Shown here: piece by piece, positions 1-9,900 of the stretch
How positions within the stretch are numbered: position 1 is the first letter of the stretch
Layout of the letters: every line of letters starts with the position of its first letter
From: a virus
Taxonomy: Duplodnaviria; Caudoviricetes
Strand: one strand, 5' to 3'
DNA length: 30,380 nucleotides
IMG/VR virus record: IMGVR_UViG_3300027804_000165
Span: 1-30,380 of that record
Notes under the pieces: model-generated
The model's input: only the letters and a program-made list of their open reading frames with translations
Database searches by the model: none
What the model was told of the DNA's origin: nothing
Program-made: the position numbers and the translations under genes

Positions 1-2
1 CG

Positions 3-599
3 TATGCAGAATTAGTCTTAGCTGAAAGATATGCTCGTAAAGTAATTGAAAACTATACTGGTCAAAATTTTTATCCCTATGACGAGACGCACCTAGTGTA
101 TGGAAACGATTCAGACACTTTAATATTTAACTCTAAATTAATTCAAGTACACAGAATGTATGCCAACGACTACCTTCTGTTGGATGCTTTAGCTACCCCT
201 AAAGTTAATAACTGGGGAAGATCGGTAAACGTTACTGAAAACGGCTTTGGGTTAAGGATAGATAGAACGTCTGCTTTAGACAATACAGTATATACTGCCA
301 ATGGAATGATTCCTCCTAGCATTCATGACTCTGTAGACTTCTTTAAACAAGGTGATAGGTATCAGGTGTATGCAAGATTTGGATACGAAGAGGTTCCAGA
401 CGAAGTAGAGTTAGCATGTATAGAATTAATGAAAGATTATTTTTCAAAGGATTTAGCCTGGAAGAATAAGTATATTAAAAAGATTTCAACATTTGACTGG
501 GATTTTGAATACTCTGGAGAGGCAACCTCTGGAACTGGTAATTTATATGCAGATCAATTGCTATCTAATTACGTAATTTCTCAGGTCATGTTGTTGTAA
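3..599 (+). CDS. Head-tail adaptor/connector protein (5'-truncated by window)
   Basis: The frame of ORF 96..599 is open back to base 3 (YAELVLAERYARKVIENYTGQNF...). Motifs 'AE..AR..IE.YTGQ.F' and 'FGYEEVPDEVELACIELMKDYF' resemble gp6/gp15-like connectors, and it lies upstream of the neck and tail genes. Confidence 0.7.
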   Translation, partial: YAELVLAERYARKVIENYTGQNFYPYDETHLVYGNDSDTLIFNSKLIQVHRMYANDYLLLDALATPKVNNWGRSVNVTENGFGLRIDRTSALDNTVYTANGMIPPSIHDSVDFFKQGDRYQVYARFGYEEVPDEVELACIELMKDYFSKDLAWKNKYIKKISTFDWDFEYSGEATSGTGNLYADQLLSNYVISQVMLL

Positions 600-1027
600 T
601 GAATGAGTTAATAGAGTCAGTTCTTTCCATGTACTTAGACGTTTATCGTCAGTCAGATATGCAAGACCCAGATACGGGAGCTATTAAAAGAGAATGGAAT
701 TATTATAAAACAGTTAATTGTCACGCCAAGGGCGTAATTAGTAATTCTGCAACAACCAGATCAAGCGACAAACAGGTGTTTAGCAATAAGTACCTTAATG
801 ATCAGATTATTCAAGTTAGAACATCTGAGAGGCTTATAGCAAGAGAAAAAGTTACGAACATTCGTGATCGAGAAGGTAACCCAATTTGGACAGAGATTAA
901 CTTTCCAAGTGAAACCCCTACGGTATTTGAAGTTATAGGAACAACTCCAATTACAGACCCCTTCGGCAGAGTCATAGGATACAATTCTTCAATGAAGAGA
1001 TCGGAGAACCAACAAATTGGACAATAG
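599..1027 (+). CDS. Putative head-closure (stopper) protein
   Basis: 142 aa with TAATG overlap to the adaptor. 'DPDTGAIKREW' and 'PITDPFG' beta-rich pattern, and synteny between adaptor and tail completion genes. Confidence 0.55.
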   Translation: MNELIESVLSMYLDVYRQSDMQDPDTGAIKREWNYYKTVNCHAKGVISNSATTRSSDKQVFSNKYLNDQIIQVRTSERLIAREKVTNIRDREGNPIWTEINFPSETPTVFEVIGTTPITDPFGRVIGYNSSMKRSENQQIGQ

Positions 1028-1799
1028 CGGATTACTGGTTCAGGTATCAAGCGGACTAGAGAGAATGATGTATGCAAACCAAAGCGGACCTCTTAAAGAC
1101 AGTACAGTAGCTCAGATATCAGCTTTTGTGTATTATGAGGCAGCAGTCATATCTAAATTAACAACAAACAAACAATTTCAAAATGCATTTACTAAAGTAA
1201 TGTTTGATCAGATAAATTTAGATTTTGGAAATTATATAGACGCATTAGCTAGATCTAGGCCTAAGTCCTTACACCATGTTTATGAGTGGAAAAAGACTGG
1301 TAATAAAACAGCAAGACTTTTTAAGCTTAACAAGTTGTCTGCAGAAGGATTGTCTTTTAGAATAGACTATGATCTGCTTCCTTCAACATCTATGGTTCCT
1401 TCAGCAAACGGAAGAAGAAGACACGTATTCGCAAACAAGGCTTCAATTATGGAAGCAGGTAAGCCTTTAGTAATTAGACCAAAAAATTCTGAAAGATTAG
1501 TTTTTGAAGCTGATGGAGAAACAGTATTTATGCCAAAGGGTATGCCAGTTACAGTAAAGAGACCTGGTGGATCTGCTGCAACAAATCAATTTAATTTAGC
1601 TCACTCAAGATTTTTTAGCGGAAGATTAGTAAATGAATCTATTAAGAGATCTGGATTCCAAAAAATATTTAATTCAAGCATGACTAAAGCACTAAGAGTT
1701 CCTTCTAATATTAAAAAAGTTCAGTATTCTTTTTCTGCAAATGCTATTAGGTCTCAGGCAGATGCTGCTCTTACAGCGTCATTTGGCGGTGTAATGTGA
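1017..1799 (+). CDS. Putative neck/tail completion protein
   Basis: 260-aa basic protein (TTG start) between stopper and tail terminator. 'PLVIRPK..RLVF' and 'V.V.RPG' motifs recall HK97 gp10-like neck proteins. The call is mostly from synteny. Confidence 0.45.
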   Translation: MDNSGLLVQVSSGLERMMYANQSGPLKDSTVAQISAFVYYEAAVISKLTTNKQFQNAFTKVMFDQINLDFGNYIDALARSRPKSLHHVYEWKKTGNKTARLFKLNKLSAEGLSFRIDYDLLPSTSMVPSANGRRRHVFANKASIMEAGKPLVIRPKNSERLVFEADGETVFMPKGMPVTVKRPGGSAATNQFNLAHSRFFSGRLVNESIKRSGFQKIFNSSMTKALRVPSNIKKVQYSFSANAIRSQADAALTASFGGVM

Positions 1800-2308
1800 C
1801 AGCAAACTATAAACTAGATGCAATGATAGAGTTAAGAAAGTACCTCTGGAAAGAGCTGCATACTAGAAACATATTTGATGAGGATGACTACTGGTCAGAT
1901 AATTTAAATGAAAATATTATTCCAATTATTCCAGTTCAGCAATCAGCAGAAATGAATCAATTTTTGAGCGGGAAAAAACACATAGTCTACGACAAGATAG
2001 GAATGTCTTATGAGGACAACTGGCTAATTTGTTGTGAACAGATACTTTTTACAATATACTCAACGGATATATCAGAAATTAATGAAATTAGAAACTACAT
2101 GACAGATGAGTTCAGGCGTGTTGATGAGTCTGCTAGAAGCATCAATAAATGGACTGGGCTATCAGATAAGTTTAAGTTCCACGCAGTTTATATAGCCGAC
2201 ATATCTCCAACAGCCCCCTCAGAGGAGCTACAGGGATTCTTTGCAGCCGAAGTCATACTAGAAATCAAGTATTCAAGAATTACAGACGGTCAGGGCAGGT
2301 TCCTTTAA
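1796..2308 (+). CDS. Putative tail terminator protein
   Basis: 170-aa acidic protein, GTGA overlap, immediately upstream of the major tail protein (canonical siphovirus order). Confidence 0.5.
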   Translation: MTANYKLDAMIELRKYLWKELHTRNIFDEDDYWSDNLNENIIPIIPVQQSAEMNQFLSGKKHIVYDKIGMSYEDNWLICCEQILFTIYSTDISEINEIRNYMTDEFRRVDESARSINKWTGLSDKFKFHAVYIADISPTAPSEELQGFFAAEVILEIKYSRITDGQGRFL

Positions 2309-2311
2309 GGT

Positions 2312-2340
2312 TTGCCTTTTTACCCATTATGGAATAAACT
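2312..2340 (+). promoter_or_regulatory. Sigma70/SigA-type promoter for major tail protein
   Basis: TTGCCT (2312-2317), 17-nt spacer, TAAACT (2335-2340) in the intergenic gap. SD AGGAGG precedes ATG 2428. Confidence 0.5.
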
Positions 2341-2427
2341 TATCCTAAGAGGAAAGAAGCCTAGCCAGCTTTAATTTAAGATTTTAAGAAAATATATATA
2401 TATTGAAATATAGGAGGTAAGAAACAC

Positions 2428-3150
2428 ATGGCACAAAACGCAGGTAATGCTAAAAATATTCTCGTAGGTGCATCCCCGTTGTTCATTTCAAACATTGACT
2501 CAACAACTTCAGGATACGCAACATATGAGAATTCCGAGCCAGGAACAACAAATGCTTCAGCATTTGCTACAGGCGTATCTTATACAGATACCCTTAACGC
2601 AAAAGATTCTGGAACATTCTACTACAGAAACGTAGGTTTTACAAACAACGGTTTGCAGATCACTTACAACCCAACATATGATTCAGTAACAGTGGATCAG
2701 CTTCTTGATACAGCTAAGCTGTTCAAGTCAGCGATGGAGGTTATGATCGCAACTGAAATGACAGAAGGTACACTAGAGAACGTTCTAGTTATTTTTGGTC
2801 AGCCAGATGATCCAACTAACAATACCGCAATTTCTCAGAATAACACAATTATTTCTACAGGAACTGGTACATCAAAGAAGGATACCCTTGGTATTGCAGC
2901 AGGAGCTCTTGGTATTGCACCAACAGAGCGTCAGCTTATTGCAGTTGGTCAAGCACCAACTACAGCAGGTGCTCAGGTAGAGCGTGTATATTATGCACGT
3001 CGTGTTTTGTCAGTGCAGCAATCAGCTTTCACATTGGCAAGATCAGCCCCAACTACATTCCCAGTAACATTCCGTCTACTCCCAACCGCTATGAGCGGCT
3101 ACGAAGGACAAGAATACGGTAAGATCGTTGACCGTGTATTGGTTGTATAA
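2428..3150 (+). CDS. Major tail (tube) protein
   Basis: 240 aa with a strong SD. 'VGFTNNGLQITY.P....VTVDQ', 'T.MTEGTLEN' and 'PVTFRLLP' are typical of siphovirus tail tube proteins. Followed by a terminator, chaperones and the TMP. Confidence 0.85.
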   Translation: MAQNAGNAKNILVGASPLFISNIDSTTSGYATYENSEPGTTNASAFATGVSYTDTLNAKDSGTFYYRNVGFTNNGLQITYNPTYDSVTVDQLLDTAKLFKSAMEVMIATEMTEGTLENVLVIFGQPDDPTNNTAISQNNTIISTGTGTSKKDTLGIAAGALGIAPTERQLIAVGQAPTTAGAQVERVYYARRVLSVQQSAFTLARSAPTTFPVTFRLLPTAMSGYEGQEYGKIVDRVLVV

Positions 3151-3169
3151 TAATTAAATAATTATCTAC

Positions 3170-3200
3170 AGGGCCCCCAAGAAATTGGGGGCCTTTGTGG
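3170..3200 (+). terminator. Intrinsic terminator hairpin after major tail gene
   Basis: GGCCCCCAA-GAAA-TTGGGGGCC (9-bp stem, GNRA loop) followed by a weak U-tract (TTTGTGGTTGT). Confidence 0.75.
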
Positions 3201-3229
3201 TTGTATTAGTATATTTCTTTTAGTATAAT
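3201..3229 (+). promoter_or_regulatory. Sigma70/SigA-type promoter for tail chaperone/TMP
   Basis: TTGTAT (3201-3206), 17-nt spacer, TATAAT (3224-3229) directly after the terminator. SD AAGGAGG precedes TTG 3259. Confidence 0.6.
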
Positions 3230-3258
3230 GATTAGGACTAGATCCAAGGAGGATTAAA

Positions 3259-3591
3259 TTGGCAACAACAGTATATGATGTAGAAGAGGTACAGCTACAA
3301 AACGGGCAGACCGTAAAGCTAAAACCACTATCAATTAAAGAACTTCGTAAGTTCATGGTAGCTATCAAAAAGACAGCAGAATCACAAACAGAGGATGATA
3401 CACTTAATATCCTTATTGATGCATGTGCAATTGCACTAGAAAAACAACTACCAGAGTTGGTAGCAGACAGAGAAGCATTTGAAGATGCTATTGATGTTCC
3501 AACAATGAACCGCATTCTAGAAGTTTGCGGAGGAATCAAACTTGACGACCCAAACCTACTAGCGGCAGCGGTTCTGGCTGGTCAGAACTAG
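3259..3591 (+). CDS. Tail assembly chaperone (gpG-like)
   Basis: 110 aa between the major tail and tape measure genes. 'VKLKPLSIKELRKF' pattern and a slippery site near the 3' end. Confidence 0.85.
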   Translation: MATTVYDVEEVQLQNGQTVKLKPLSIKELRKFMVAIKKTAESQTEDDTLNILIDACAIALEKQLPELVADREAFEDAIDVPTMNRILEVCGGIKLDDPNLLAAAVLAGQN

Positions 3592-3923
3592 ATTTAGCCG
3601 CTTTAGAAGGAGAAGTTTTTCTTTTAGGACATTGGAAAAATTACGATGAACTTGAAGAAAATTTATCAATGCCAGAACTTATTAATACTCTAAAAGCTTT
3701 AAAGAAAAAGGATCATGAAGACAAAAAGTTCTTTGCATCCTTAAAGGGAGTGGAAATAGGTGAGTACGAAGATGATAAAAAAGGAGGCCCTAGTTTCGAA
3801 GACATTCGTTTGAGAGCAGCAGGTATAAATGCCACTAGCAACGATGTTGTTTCGCTACAAGGAAATTTCGCAGCGCAAGCTGGATTTGGAATTGGAGCGG
3901 GATTAGGATACTCCAGGGAGTAG
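3259..3923 (+). CDS. Tail assembly chaperone frameshift fusion (gpGT-like, about 221 aa)
   Basis: The -1 frame reads ...PTSGSGSGWSELDLAALEGEVFLLGHWKNYDELEENLSMPELINTLK... without a stop, joining ORF 3669..3923. Confidence 0.8.
3549..3602 (+). promoter_or_regulatory. -1 programmed ribosomal frameshift signal
   Basis: In-frame X XXY YYZ heptamer C CCA AAC (3549-3555). After a 5-nt spacer is a nested stem-loop, AGCGGC(3561-3566)/GCCGCT(3597-3602) enclosing GTTCTG(3571-3576)/CAGAAC(3583-3588). The -1 frame is open into ORF 3669..3923. Confidence 0.85.
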
Positions 3924-3933
3924 TTTAATATAA

Positions 3934-6900
3934 ATGGCTGACGAAACAATCAGTACCAAGATAGTCGCTAACGCTGACTTTTCAGCCCTTATTGCCGATG
4001 TGCATAAGGTTACGGCTAGCCTATCCAAATTACAGGAACAATTAGCTAACTCAAATAAGATGATGGCAAATCAAATTGCCGTTATGAATAGATCATTTTC
4101 AGATACCCTTAGAAGTACTGGACAGTTCTCAACACACTTTGTAAGTCTACAATCAGATGTAGAAAAGTTTGGAAAGAATTTAGATGGCGGAAAATTAAAG
4201 CTAAATCAATATTTTAATACTTTTAGGGATCATGCTAGAACTTCTGGCGGACTTATAAGAGATTTAGCAAAACAACAGGTAGCTCTACAGAACTCAGTAT
4301 TACAACCGCTAGGCAGAAATGCACAAGGACTTATGCAGTTTAATGTGCATGTTCCAAGAGGTCTGGATGAGGTAAAAAATAAAGCAGCGCTAGCAAGACA
4401 AGAACTTCAGATAATGAATAAAGTTCTTCAAGATGGTGCTGGACAACTTATTAACTGGGGTAAAAATACTCAGTGGGCAGGCCGTCAGTTAACAGTCGGA
4501 TTAACGGTCCCACTCATGGCTTTTGGAGCACAAGCTGCTAAAGCATTTAGAGAAGCAGATCAAGAATTAGTTCGTTTAACTAAGGTTTATGGAGACGTTG
4601 CAGGAACATCTGCACAAGAGCTTGGAAAAGTTCGTAGAGATGTTACAGAAACTGCAAAACAAATATCTGCAGCAATGGGTGTTAGCTTTAAAGAAACAAT
4701 TGGATTAGCAGCGGATATTGCAGCAACTGGAAAAACTGGTAATGAGTTACTAGGTTCAATTCAAGAAACTACCAGATTAGCGGTACTTGGTGAAGTAGAT
4801 CGTCAAGAGGCTATGAAAGCAACACTAGCTATTCAGTCAGCGTTTAAACAAAATACAGATGAGCTTTCAGAATCAATTAACTTCTTAAACGCAGTTGAAA
4901 ACCAAACATCAACAACTCTAAACGATTTAGTAGAAGCAATTCCAAAAGCTGGTCCAGTTATTCAAGGATTGGGCGGAAGCGTACAAGATTTAGCTCTTTA
5001 CTTAACAGCGATGCGTGAAGGTGGAATTAACGCATCAGAAGGTGCTAATGCACTAAAGTCAGCACTTGCTTCTTTGATTAACCCAACAGATGTTGCGGTA
5101 GGTAAATTTCAAACTTTAGGAATTGATCTTCTTGGAATTGTAAACAATAATGCTGGCAATTTGACTGGTACCTTGATGGCACTACAGGGAGCTTTGGATA
5201 ATTTAAATCCGCTTCAAAAACAACAAGCAATTGAACAATTATTTGGTAAGTTTCAATTCTCAAGACTTAATGCATTATTTGAAAACTTGGGAAGACAAGG
5301 TAGCCAGACACTACAAGTACTAGATTTAATGAAGGCCTCATCTTCTGAACTGGCTCAAGTTGCTGATCGAGAGTTGTCAGCAGTAACAGAATCCGCTTCT
5401 GGTAAGTATAGAAGAGCATTAGAAAGCCTTAAGGCTTCGCTGGCCGAAGTAGGAGAACAATTTTTAACAATAAATACAGTATTAATTCAGGTTATAGATA
5501 AAGTTGTTCAGTTTGCAAACAATCTACCTAAACCAGTTAAACAGATACTTGCTTTATTAGGCGGATTTACTGCAATTATTGGACCAGTAATTATGCTTAC
5601 GGGTGTGTTGGCAAACTTCTTTGGATATTTACTAAAGGGTGCTGCACACATGAAGGCATTCTTTAAAGGTGGAGAAGGATGGAAGTATCTAACTCCAGAA
5701 ATGCTAGCAGCAGAAAAAGCTGGTAAATTAGTTGAACAGTCTTTCTACAGCGACGCTAAAGCGGCGGCAGTATTACAGCAAGCTTTAAGAAACCTACTCG
5801 ATGAATTTGCAATGCTAGAGGCAAAAGCAAAATCAGGAGCAATGGCAGTAAATCCAGCAGTTAGCACAATGGCAGGCAATTTAGTAATGGCTGCAGGCGG
5901 ACAAAGAGTTGTTAACAAAGATCACCCACTAGCTGGAGATTATGGAACAAGAGCAAGTTCTCATATGGTTTCAAGAGTTGGAAGAGATCCAGCATCACAG
6001 ACAATGTTTGGAATGGTTCCAGGAGCAATTCCAGTAAACGCAGCAATAGGTCAAAATCCACAAATTTATATGAACGAGCCTTTGCCAAATGTTCCTGGAT
6101 TAACAACAGTAAAGGGAGTTTCTACAGGTATTGTTTCTGGAGAAGCAGCCCGATGGCATGCAATGATGGCAACATTAGGTATGCAATCAAAAGCAGAAAT
6201 TGAAACATTAAAGAAAACAATTGCTGCAACTGGAACCGTAAGCAAAGAGTTTATGATGCAGTTCGATGACATTTTGCCAGTTGTTTCAAAGCTTACAGAT
6301 AACGCAGCAAGAGAGTCCGCAATGATTGTAGCAGAACTTCGTGCAGGCAAATTAACGGTTGAATCTGCTAGAGCAAAGATTGTTGCTCTTAATTTACAAA
6401 CTGAGCAAATGATTGCTTCTTCTGTTTCTGCATCAGCAGCATCAATGGGCAGAACAATTAATCCTACAATGGTACCTACTTTAAATCAGCCAGTAGTAGA
6501 TGCCGCTGGTAAGTCTAATATGAGAGAATTATTTAAAAAGGGTAGGACAAGAGATTTTGTTAATAGAATTGCTGGCGTACTTGGTGTAAGAACATCTGGC
6601 GCTGGGTATAATATTGAAACAACAATTCCTAAAAAGTTTGCTATGGGTGGCCCAGTATATCTAAACAGCGGAAGCGATAGATATAGACCTTCTATGTCAA
6701 GACAAGTAAATAGACTACTGGCAGAGAGGCAGCTTGCACAAGCTCAACCTTCTGGAACAGATGTTGTTCCAGCAATGCTTACCCCAGGAGAGTACGTTGT
6801 TCGTGCATCATCTGTAACACCACAAACACTACCCCTACTTGAAGCCTTGAACAAAGGTGGACCAGAGCATTTATCTGCTCAAATGCTTTGGCAATCTACA

Positions 6901-9900
6901 GCGTTAAACCAGGGCTTAGAGGGAAGGGGTGTTGGTGGAAATGCTCCTATGGTATTAAGTGGAAGAAACATTGCATCAGACTATAGAGGATTAAGATCTT
7001 CAGGGTTACCACCAGTCTCATTGCTTTATCAAGCAGGTCAAGAACTTGGATATGATAAAAATAAATTACGTTTTCATTTAAATAATTACGAAAAGGCATT
7101 GTCTCAAAGACTGGCTTCATATGGAAATCGTGTTTTATCTAAACAAGAACTAGAATTTATGCAAGAAAATCTGTTAAAGAGACACGCTGCTCAATTATTT
7201 AGAGTAGACCCAGCATCAGGCGCAAAAATTAATTTCTTTCAAGAAACTTCATTAATGGGTTCACGTAGAGTTAACGGAAAAGGCGGAACAGGTTTTGTTG
7301 GCGGAATAATGAGAGCGCTACTAGGAACTTCTAGCGGGTTCAGCGGTGGACAAAACGAAACACATTTAGGGATAGCGCAAGAGTTACTAGATAATCCAGT
7401 TTATTCAATTGATAAAGACGCTGGAAAAATGACCCATATTCCTAGTGGAACAACCACAGACCCAAGAGCAAACAAGATGACCCTGGGAAGAATGTTTGGC
7501 GTACAAAAAGGTCATTTAGGATCAAAGATGTGGGGATCAGTATCAGCAATTTTAGGTAAGCTAGGGCAGGTAAGAAGGGGTGTTCCTTTACAAATGTCTG
7601 CTGGAGGAATGGTTCCAAGATATAACATGGGCGGAATGGTTCCATCTCCAAACGGACAAAAATATAATATGGGCGGAATGGTTCAAGGATATAATCGTGG
7701 TGGCATGGTTAGAAGTATGCTTGGTGGAACTGGAATTGCAATTGGCGGACAGATGCTTGGTTCTCAAATAGGTGGCGGACTAGGAACAGCAATATCAATG
7801 GGCTCTGGCCTACTTGGGTCAATGTACTCATTTGGCGGAATGAGCGGCGGAGCAGAAGGAGGTCAAAGAGGAATATTTGGAAGACAAATGGATAAGATTC
7901 CAGCACAGCTAAAACAACCTGTTGGACCACTTAATAGTTTATCTGCAGCAGCATCAAAAACCGCTGGTAGTCTTTCAGGAATTGCCAGAGTATTTGGACC
8001 ACTGCTTAAAGGATTTAGTTCACTTCTAAGGCTTACAAGCCCACTAGGATTGGGTTTGACTGCTGTTGGAGCAACTGTGGGATTCCTTATTAAAAAGCAT
8101 AAAGAGCATACAGAAGAATTAAGAGTGAATAGAGCGGCATTTGGAATGACTGCAGATGCAGCTCAAAAAGCTGGATATAAATATACTGATTATAATAAGC
8201 AAATAAAAGGAGCAATAGAAGATGCTAAGGCATTGAAGGCTCAAAATAAAATGATTTATGAAAGCATGACAAATGCTAACGTTCCAATTAAAATGACTAT
8301 TGAGCAATACAAGAAACTCAAAGAGCAAGTAAAGTCTACTATGCAAGACTACATCAAACTATTTGATCAAACAGACAGAAAAGATGTTGGTCAAGTAGCA
8401 ATTCAACTTAAAGCTCAATTTATGGCAGCAGGAGATTCAGCAGAAGAAGCAACGGCAAAGATATACGCTTTAATTGCAGAATCTAAAAATGCCTCATTGG
8501 CTGGAACTGCAATTGGAAATAAAGCTTTCCAGGGAATACAAACTCTTCAAGATGCAGCAATTCAAACAACAAAAACATTTGAAGCGGCAATGATTGCTTC
8601 TGACACTAAGGGTCAGGCATCAGCAATACTAAACTCATTTGAAGCAATTAATGGGTCTATTTCTGAAACAATTAGAAAGAGCGAAGAAGCGGCTGCAAAA
8701 AATAAATCTGCAGTAAAAACAGTAGGAGAAGCAACTACTGAACAAATAGACAAGATTAATGATTCTTATAAAAACCAAACACATCTTACAAGGGGAGTAA
8801 TTGATGAAATTGGAAAAACCAGCCCAGAGTTGGCCAAGACACTAAACTCTACAGACACCCTTGTTTCGGCGTGGGCAAAGTATCAGTTGCTTGTTCAAGG
8901 TGTTAATATAGATGTTTCTACTCTTAGCGGCACAGCAGCAGTTGCTGCAGCAAAGCTTTCTTCAATTATTACAAGTACTGTAAAAACAACAGGGGCTGTT
9001 GGAGCACAGTATAAAGAGTACGATAGGTTAAAGGGAAAGATCAAAGATCTTGAAAAGGCACAAAGAGGCCAGTCTGCAAAGGCTCAAATAGATAGCAGAG
9101 ACGCAATTGCTTCTCTTAACAAACAAATAGAGAAAATTAGAAAAGCTGCTCAGGATAAAATTAATGGAATTCGTAAAGCAACTGAGGCGGAAAATACTCA
9201 ATTAGAAATTCAAAAAGCTCAACTAAGAGCCCAGCAAGCACTTGCCACAGGAAACATGACGGCATATGCAGAAGAGCAGATGGGAATAGAACAATTACTA
9301 AATGATGCTAATCGTAAGGCGGCAGAAGAAGCAATTCTAACTAAGGCAGAACTTGAGATTAAGCCTCTTCAAGATAAGATAGATAATCTTTCTAAGAAAA
9401 ATCAGGACCTGGCAGACAAAGCAGCCCTTGCAGGCGATAGTCTAGTTGGACTACAAAAGAAGGCTCAGACCCTTAATGATAATTTAACCGCATACACAAC
9501 AAATCTTTCTAATGTTATATATGGTTTGCAAAACATTCCTAAATTTAAAGATAGCCCAGAATACCAAGAAGCCTTGGTTGCCCTAGGAGAGTTTGGTAAA
9601 AAACTTGGTATTACAGAAAAGCCAGAATCTATAATTGATCAAATGAGCAAAGCCCTTAAAGAAATTCATGCAGATGAAGTTACTCTGTATACTGGTCAAA
9701 TTAAGACTGGAAGAGTTTCTTACACAAAACAAAATCCTTTTAGTCCAGTTGATGAAGGAATTACTGGATTAACAAATACAAAAAATAAAGCAGGAATCTA
9801 TGTGCTAGACGACCCTAGTAAAAGAAAAGTTGTTGAAGAAGGTAATCTAGACGATGATGATATATTCGTTTATCAGGGCAGATACTACAGAGTAAAAAAT

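Noticed and set aside
2795-2980. Nested + strand ORFs (2795..2980, 7580..7771, 29806..29994)
   Set aside because: They are out-of-frame ORFs inside the major tail, TMP and dnaE genes, with no supporting translation signals.
3669-3923. Independent 84-aa gene
   Set aside because: There is no SD at ATG 3669, and it is better explained as the C-terminal part of the -1 frameshift fusion.
5940-6060. His-Me-finger nuclease-like motif (RASSH...N) within TMP
   Set aside because: The resemblance is too weak to support without profile or structure searches.
7594-7710. Mini CRISPR-like array
   Set aside because: The repeats are in frame, degenerate at synonymous positions and irregularly spaced, so they are protein repeats.
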